A stretch of DNA of 64,000 bases. Origin: Dissulfuribacterales bacterium (GTDB lineage Bacteria; Desulfobacterota; Dissulfuribacteria; Dissulfuribacterales; DYLC01). A model generated the notes under the pieces. That model searched no databases, was not told the DNA's origin, and was given only the letters and a program-made list of their open reading frames with translations. Both the position numbers and the translations under genes were made by a program. Each line of letters opens with the position of its first letter. Position 1 is the stretch's first letter. Positions 58,649 through 64,000 of the stretch are shown one piece after another. The stretch lies in contig JBEULL010000033.1 in assembly GCA_041287365.1 (NCBI GenBank), forward strand, positions 84,535 through 148,534, written 5' to 3'.

Positions 58649-61600
58649 TTACTGTGTCACAACGCACGCCCCGCCGTATGCCACATAGCGATTCATGATC
58701 TCTACGGCATCGGTGAGATTGACCACACCATTGTTGTCCACGTCCGCCACCTTGGCCTCGTCATCCTGCAGGCTATAGAGATTCAGGAAGTAATAGAATG
58801 TCCACAGGGCATCCTGAGGCGTCAAAAGCCCACTGCCATCCACATCGCCTGGGCAGACCAGCTTGAAATTACCCGCTGTAAGCGGCACACCGGCTATATC
58901 ATCCACTGCATTGGATGGAGTTACACTGGCTATTGTGCCTGGCGCTGCGTTGCGATTGATAGAAAAACGCAAGTATATCAATGTTTTGGTTGCACCTGGC
59001 TCGATAACCTTGTCTGTAGCCTCCGCATGACCCGCTATGCGCACACGGCCGCTGGACACCTGCTGCCCTGTAACGGTCCAGCCTGAGAGGTCACTGGGTG
59101 TGCTTACCCCTGTAAAGACCAATATCTGCGGATCAAAGGTAACATCCATACCCCATGCATCTATGGCCACGCTGGGCACACCACTTATCTCGATGGGCAC
59201 GGTCACAGTTGATCCCGCCTTGCCTATGCGATTCACCACAGAAACACCTGTGGGCCGCACGCGAACAGTGATACTGCCACTTCCCACATTGCCGTCGTTG
59301 TCGGTAACCTGCACGGTAAAGGTGAAGAGATCCGACACCTGAGGCGCAGTCCAGCCCACAGATTGAGCAGTTGGTGGCGCTGGGTTAAAGGTGCCAGTAT
59401 CCGTTCCACTGCGCGGCACCACAGACCAGGAATAGAGATATGGGGCTGTTCCACCGCTGACCGATGCCCCCAAAGTGATAGAGCCGCCCAAAGGCACCAC
59501 GGATGCGCTGGCCGTAGGCGTGACTGTCACGGTCTGGGCACCGGTAAATGAGAGCTTCAAAAGGCCGACTTCTCCTTTGTAGCCATTGTCCGTGCCCATT
59601 TGCAAGACCTCACCCACCACAACCATGCTGTTCGTCCCGTACTTGGCTGCTATGCCGATGGCCTGCCCTGTCACGCCATAAGTGGTCCCAGCCAGCGGAG
59701 TGGCCGGATTGGAAACATTTACCACTGCCACACGAGAGGTCTGGCCCAAGACTGTATCGTTTGTGGAAGACAGCACAAGATAATACTTGGAGTTGGCGGT
59801 ATCGCCCACGAACGCCAGGTTGTTCACCTCTGTCTCGGCAGTATATGTCCCAACCACAGCAGCGGAGGACGGCGTACTCACATCCACTATCACGATCTTG
59901 TTTCCTGAAGTGGCAGTCTGCACCAGCACATAGGCATAATATGCCGAACCCTGCTGGCCGATCACCACTTTTTTGGCATAGCCACTCAGAGTCGCACCAG
60001 TGATTTGAGCAGCCGTAGTGGGATTGGACCAATTGCTGAAACTTGCATCACCTGTATCCAGTATCAAGAGCCCCTGATCTCCATAGGCCACATGCACAAA
60101 GGAACTGGCTGTGCGTTTGTCGATGGCAATACCCTCGGCCACACCTGCGCCCTGCATGGCCAAAGAACGGTTCAACGTAAATTTGTTGGCTGTCGTAATG
60201 CCATAATCCATCAAAAGCACGCCGGCATCTCCATCGGCCACAGCCACCTTAAATTGACCAGCAGCAGTCTGAGAGGCATCCACTCCACGGGCAATACCTG
60301 GAGTATTGTAGGCCTCGATGTTGGCTGATGTCTCGTCATACAAAAATGCACCACCCACGGCAGTCAACTGCATCTTTTTGATGCCTGCAGGACCAGATGC
60401 CACAAAGACATGAACGGTAGTCGATGTGCCCGAATCCGCTGCTGCATACAGATCATAAGGTGTGCCAGCCAGGTTGGTCCCTGTACCTTCGGCAGAATAG
60501 ATACTGTCCCAGGCCAGGTCAAAGCCGTATTTACCACCTTGGGCATCGGCCTCCTTCTGAGGCACCAGCTTCCATGGAGTTCCACTGGTATCGACCTGAT
60601 AGAGTTTGAGGCCACCGGCCTGATCCAGCACCACGGCATAGTCGTTTGTGCCATTGTTGACGATGCGAGTGGCAACAGCTGCTACGGACTCGTCCCACTG
60701 GTAATTGAGTTTAAGTTCAGGCGCTGTGTTCATGGTAGTGCCGCCTATATCCTTGAAGCCACCGCCGCCATCCGCCACATAGATATTGCCAATGGTAGTA
60801 GCACTGACCGTGCCTGCAAATCCAAACACCTTTTCCGTGGTGCCTGTAGTATCCAGGGCAGCAACATAGCTCAGAGTCAGGGTATCAGGAGAGGCTGAAG
60901 CACTACCTCCGCTCTTGAACACATAGAGCCCGCCTGTGCCACCTGCCACAGCCAGCCAGCCAGCCCTTCCACCAGCAGTGCCTGCATCATTAAATGCCAC
61001 GCCATAGGAATCCAGATTTGGGACCTCACCCTGCGTGAGATTGCCCTTGTCTTCCAGGCTATAGGATGTGCCGGAATTGTCCAGCTCAAAACCATGAATA
61101 CCGTTGTTAGTGGCAATGAAGATGAGGACCTCGGTATTGGCTTCTGTGGTATCCACCGCTGCATTGGCATATACCGTCACATCCCGTGCAGTGCCGTCAA
61201 AGGTGCCCTGGGCCGCATCTGAGAATGAATCAGTTGGGCTGGTACCTCCGATATTGGCTGTATTGATGGCCTTCACCACGATGTTATCAGGCCCAACTAT
61301 AAACAACAGATCAGCCGCTGTTCCGGTCACATTGGCATTCACTGCCGTGATGGCATTGGGGGCAAAGCTCGTCCGCAAAATATCGAAGGCAGGAAGCCCT
61401 GTATTGGTGTCAAAGGCATCACTTGAATTATCAAAGGCGATGAGAAACACGGCTCCACCTACAGCACCCTGCTCGCGAGCGCTGACGGCAAGATAGGTCT
61501 TTGTGGGACCAGCTGTAGAATCCTTGACTATAACCAGGTCTGTTGGCTCATACTGCTTCATGTTGTCGGCCGGATCATATATTCTGACATATTTAGGGTC

Positions 61601-62056
61601 AGAAAGTGAGCCTGTCGTGCTCAGCGAGTATTTTATGAGGTACCCGCCTGAAAGTGCAAAGACCGTATCATATTCAATATCAGGCGATGCACCAGCATCG
61701 TCCGCCACCACACGTGTGACAAACAGAGGCACCTCCTCCGTGCCCATGGTCACGCTGGTTTTGCGGTCTATGATGCCATAGGTAGGGGTGGTGCTGTCGT
61801 AATTAAATGTCACAAGCCCTCCCTCTCCCATGGCCAAAATCAGCTCCGCTCCTCCGGCAGCAGTCACCCCTTTCACGCCGTCATACACATAACTTTGCAG
61901 GTTGTTATACTCAGGTAAGGTGGCAGTGGTGACCTGATCCTTTGGGGTTTCATAGAGCTGAGAGAGCGTAGCAGCAGACCAAGCATTGCCGTTCAAGAGA
62001 GACAGCAGAAACAGTAGCAACACCCCTGACAAAATGCTCGAAAATTTCTTTTTCAT
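58649..62056 (-). CDS. Large secreted protein (1135 aa): beta-propeller-like LVIVD-type repeats, a PKD/Ig-like domain, a cohesin-like domain and a C-terminal dockerin
   Basis: Signal peptide MKKKFSSILSGVLLLFLLSLLNGNAWS. Recurrent Y.YV...G.L.IVDVS.P-like segments. GGTAPYLYSW Ig motif. Cohesin-like TVTVPIEISGVPSVAIDAWGMDVTFDPQILVF (about 58865-59254). Two Ca-loop dockerin segments, DVDGSGLLTPQDA and DVDNNGVVNLTDA (about 58682-58855). Confidence 0.75.
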   Translation of the reverse strand: MKKKFSSILSGVLLLFLLSLLNGNAWSAATLSQLYETPKDQVTTATLPEYNNLQSYVYDGVKGVTAAGGAELILAMGEGGLVTFNYDSTTPTYGIIDRKTSVTMGTEEVPLFVTRVVADDAGASPDIEYDTVFALSGGYLIKYSLSTTGSLSDPKYVRIYDPADNMKQYEPTDLVIVKDSTAGPTKTYLAVSAREQGAVGGAVFLIAFDNSSDAFDTNTGLPAFDILRTSFAPNAITAVNANVTGTAADLLFIVGPDNIVVKAINTANIGGTSPTDSFSDAAQGTFDGTARDVTVYANAAVDTTEANTEVLIFIATNNGIHGFELDNSGTSYSLEDKGNLTQGEVPNLDSYGVAFNDAGTAGGRAGWLAVAGGTGGLYVFKSGGSASASPDTLTLSYVAALDTTGTTEKVFGFAGTVSATTIGNIYVADGGGGFKDIGGTTMNTAPELKLNYQWDESVAAVATRIVNNGTNDYAVVLDQAGGLKLYQVDTSGTPWKLVPQKEADAQGGKYGFDLAWDSIYSAEGTGTNLAGTPYDLYAAADSGTSTTVHVFVASGPAGIKKMQLTAVGGAFLYDETSANIEAYNTPGIARGVDASQTAAGQFKVAVADGDAGVLLMDYGITTANKFTLNRSLAMQGAGVAEGIAIDKRTASSFVHVAYGDQGLLILDTGDASFSNWSNPTTAAQITGATLSGYAKKVVIGQQGSAYYAYVLVQTATSGNKIVIVDVSTPSSAAVVGTYTAETEVNNLAFVGDTANSKYYLVLSSTNDTVLGQTSRVAVVNVSNPATPLAGTTYGVTGQAIGIAAKYGTNSMVVVGEVLQMGTDNGYKGEVGLLKLSFTGAQTVTVTPTASASVVPLGGSITLGASVSGGTAPYLYSWSVVPRSGTDTGTFNPAPPTAQSVGWTAPQVSDLFTFTVQVTDNDGNVGSGSITVRVRPTGVSVVNRIGKAGSTVTVPIEISGVPSVAIDAWGMDVTFDPQILVFTGVSTPSDLSGWTVTGQQVSSGRVRIAGHAEATDKVIEPGATKTLIYLRFSINRNAAPGTIASVTPSNAVDDIAGVPLTAGNFKLVCPGDVDGSGLLTPQDALWTFYYFLNLYSLQDDEAKVADVDNNGVVNLTDAVEIMNRYVAYGGACVVTQ

Positions 62057-62079
62057 AATCGCCTCCTAAACGATCAGTA

Positions 62080-62823
62080 TTACTGAACCACCACCGTAGT
62101 TGACAGTCTGATTTCATTTTGACCATATCTCATAACAGCAGTTAATGGATAACTTCCAGGCGGAAGAGAGATGCTTGGAAACACCAGATAGGCCGTCCCC
62201 CAGATGAATTCGTAGTACCACTGAGACAGAGAAACTATGGGCGCCAAAATATCGACGCCATCATATTCAAGGGAAAGCCCTGTAAGCTGTTCCACATGAG
62301 GCACCACCCAGAAGAGATTTCCATTTCCCACATTCGGCACACTCCAGAAAACCGGCGCATTCAGCTGCTGATGGCCGTATGCCCATGCCCTGTTGGGATT
62401 CACCCCTGCCAGAATGTCCGTGAGATCAGTTGGGTTAAAGGCAAAGAGATAAGGCCCCATACCCAGCACTCGAAAACGCATGGGCACAGTCAGCATGGCG
62501 GCAGCAGGGTTCATGGACATCACACCAACCCGTATCTGAGCGCCCGACGGCATGGCAGTATTCATAGCATCGGCAGTGGAATCCGCTTCCATAAACTGCA
62601 GCCGATCCGCCGAATATGTGAGACCAAAGCCTGCCGATCCAACGGGATTACCGCCATTGGAAATAATTACCTCCAACGACAAGGTATTGCCGCTTACGTT
62701 CATATTGCCGATATTTATGCTTGCAGCAATGGAAGCGGCAGGCAAGGAAAGGCAAAGAGGCAAAAACAACAGCCATGACAGCCCATAACGACGAAGCCTT
62801 ATGACCACCTGACTCAAAGACAT
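62080..62823 (-). CDS. Secreted protein with an N-terminal cohesin-like domain
   Basis: Signal peptide ...LLFLPLCLSLPAASIAAS, then NVSGNTLSLEVIISNGGNPVGSAGFGLTYSADRLQF, which matches the cohesin pattern. Lies 23 nt upstream of the large gene on the same strand. Confidence 0.55.
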   Translation of the reverse strand: MSLSQVVIRLRRYGLSWLLFLPLCLSLPAASIAASINIGNMNVSGNTLSLEVIISNGGNPVGSAGFGLTYSADRLQFMEADSTADAMNTAMPSGAQIRVGVMSMNPAAAMLTVPMRFRVLGMGPYLFAFNPTDLTDILAGVNPNRAWAYGHQQLNAPVFWSVPNVGNGNLFWVVPHVEQLTGLSLEYDGVDILAPIVSLSQWYYEFIWGTAYLVFPSISLPPGSYPLTAVMRYGQNEIRLSTTVVVQ

Positions 62824-62956
62824 AATGCCCCCTTTTTCTAAAATCACTCCGACAAAAAGATTGTTTTGATGTTTTTATCGACAGCTTATTTAATTGTCTT
62901 AAGGAAAGCAAAAAAGATGCCAGAGAATACAGGAACGATTTGCCGCCTATCGTGTG

Positions 62957-63862
62957 TTACCAGTCCCCTGATGCACCACCACCGCCAAAACCGCCACCAC
63001 CGCCGGAAAAACCGTCTCCTCCTCCACCTGAAAAACCACCGCCGCCAAAACCGCCTGAATAGAAACCACCCCCAATGCCCCTGCCGCCCATGGCCATGCC
63101 CATGAACAGGGCTATTATGCCGATGATTACGGCCCAGATAAGGGAAGAGAGTATGAACCAGGTCAAGGCCGCCGCTATCAAAAAGGTAAATGCCCCGCCT
63201 AAAAACCTGCCGAATATGAGGCGCAAAAACACACTGCCTGCTATGGCGCTGAAGAATACGGTGATGAAGAGTATGGGAAGCGCACCAGAACCACTGGTGC
63301 CGCTCCTTTTGGCCTTAAGTATAGTGAGAGGAGGAAGGGGCTCACCGGACACAACCTTGATGATGGCGCTTATACCCGCATCTATACCGCCATAGAAGTC
63401 TCCGCGTTTGAAAAAAGGTGTGATCACCTCGCTTATGATGCGCTTTGCTACGGCATCAGGCAGGGCCCCTTCCAGGCCGTAACCCACCTCTATGCGCATC
63501 TTTCTGTCGTCTTTGGCTACAAGCAACAACACACCGTCATCCACGCCCTTTCTCCCCAGCTTCCACACATCCACCACACGAATGGAATACTGTTCTATGG
63601 TCTCAGGCTGGGTTGTCGAAACCATGAGAACGGCTATCTGCGCCCCCTTTTCCCCTTCAAAGGCGGCAAGTTTTGCCTCTAACGCCGATCTCTGGGCAGG
63701 GGTCAATGTGCCGGTGAGGTCCATCACGCGAGCAGTGAGCGCTGGCACAGGCTGCTCGGCAAGACAGACATTCACTCGGCACATTAGACAGGCTGCAATG
63801 CCCAGAAATACGACAAACAGCCTAAACTGACGCATTGCAAGGGCTGAAAATAAAAATGTCAT
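62957..63862 (-). CDS. TPM-domain protein (YgcG-like) with a TM region and a Gly-rich tail
   Basis: VMDLTGTLTPAQRSALEAKLAAFEGEKGAQIAVLMV and ...DDGVLLLVAKDDRKMRIEVGYGLEG are TPM motifs. C-terminal GGFGGGGFSGGGG. Confidence 0.85.
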   Translation of the reverse strand: MTFLFSALAMRQFRLFVVFLGIAACLMCRVNVCLAEQPVPALTARVMDLTGTLTPAQRSALEAKLAAFEGEKGAQIAVLMVSTTQPETIEQYSIRVVDVWKLGRKGVDDGVLLLVAKDDRKMRIEVGYGLEGALPDAVAKRIISEVITPFFKRGDFYGGIDAGISAIIKVVSGEPLPPLTILKAKRSGTSGSGALPILFITVFFSAIAGSVFLRLIFGRFLGGAFTFLIAAALTWFILSSLIWAVIIGIIALFMGMAMGGRGIGGGFYSGGFGGGGFSGGGGDGFSGGGGGFGGGGASGDW

Positions 63863-63866
63863 GTCA

Positions 63867-64000
63867 TCACTGTTTGGGACCGAAATCCACCTTCGGTGCC
63901 TTTGCTATGTCCTTCTCGTTTTCCACCTCGAAATTGGGTTTGGTGGTATGGCCAAAGAACTTGGCAGTGAGATTGCTCGGGAAAGAACGAATGGTGACAT
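63867..64000 (-). CDS. lemA: LemA family protein, C-terminal fragment (gene continues beyond the window)
   Basis: The minus-strand frame ends ...FPSNLTAKFFGHTTKPNFEVENEKDIAKAPKVDFGPKQ*. This is a typical LemA C-terminus, and the LemA-TPM gene order is typical. The stop lies 4 nt before the TPM gene start. Confidence 0.7.
   Translation of the reverse strand, partial: VTIRSFPSNLTAKFFGHTTKPNFEVENEKDIAKAPKVDFGPKQ

Overview
This is a dense 64-kb chromosomal segment with about 60 protein genes and one tRNA. Gene content suggests an anaerobic deltaproteobacterium (Desulfobacterota-like); that is inference from cytochrome bd, a DUF3373-like outer-membrane protein, HDOD/hybrid kinases, a PaaK-like ligase, QueH and LemA/TPM, not a database result.

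Most of the window is housekeeping:
- thrC (5' end outside the window), a CbpA-like J-protein, tRNA-Gln, gap, rimI, rpmA-rplU, a YfiC-like methyltransferase and dtd
- a coupled GT2 + GT-C glycosyltransferase pair, cobT/cobU, a dGTPase-like HD protein, ppiC, an SDR and a PAS histidine kinase
- bioF, a bioH-like gene and bioC; cydAB plus a beta-barrel outer-membrane gene; an HDOD protein plus a GAF/PAS hybrid kinase
- cmk, queH, a PaaK-like ligase, a lone livF and ldcA
- a long minus-strand operon (small Zn-ribbon protein, ino1, carA, carB, purF, kpsF, ssb, gmhB)
- a complete che cluster and a LemA/TPM pair (lemA runs off the 3' edge)

Items that look accessory or unusual:
1. A 141-bp MITE-like palindromic element is present in four copies, with 17-bp terminal inverted repeats and 4-bp flanking duplications. 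All four copies face the same way relative to the next start codon.
2. An orphan 753-aa protein has an unassigned ~450-aa N-terminal region fused to a classical AAA+ ATPase.
3. A protein built from two copies of an unrecognised ~140-aa domain has a frame-disrupted 5' end at a T7 tract.
4. A four-gene envelope lipoprotein cluster is translationally coupled to ldcA.
5. The che operon has a zinc-finger J-domain protein coupled to cheW.
6. One protein's core is thirteen near-perfect 21-bp tandem repeats (heptad DVGVLKQ).
7. A two-gene secreted cohesin/dockerin module is present.

I saw no CRISPR array, rRNA, transposase, integrase or phage genes. All family assignments come from motifs read in the supplied translations; no searches were run.
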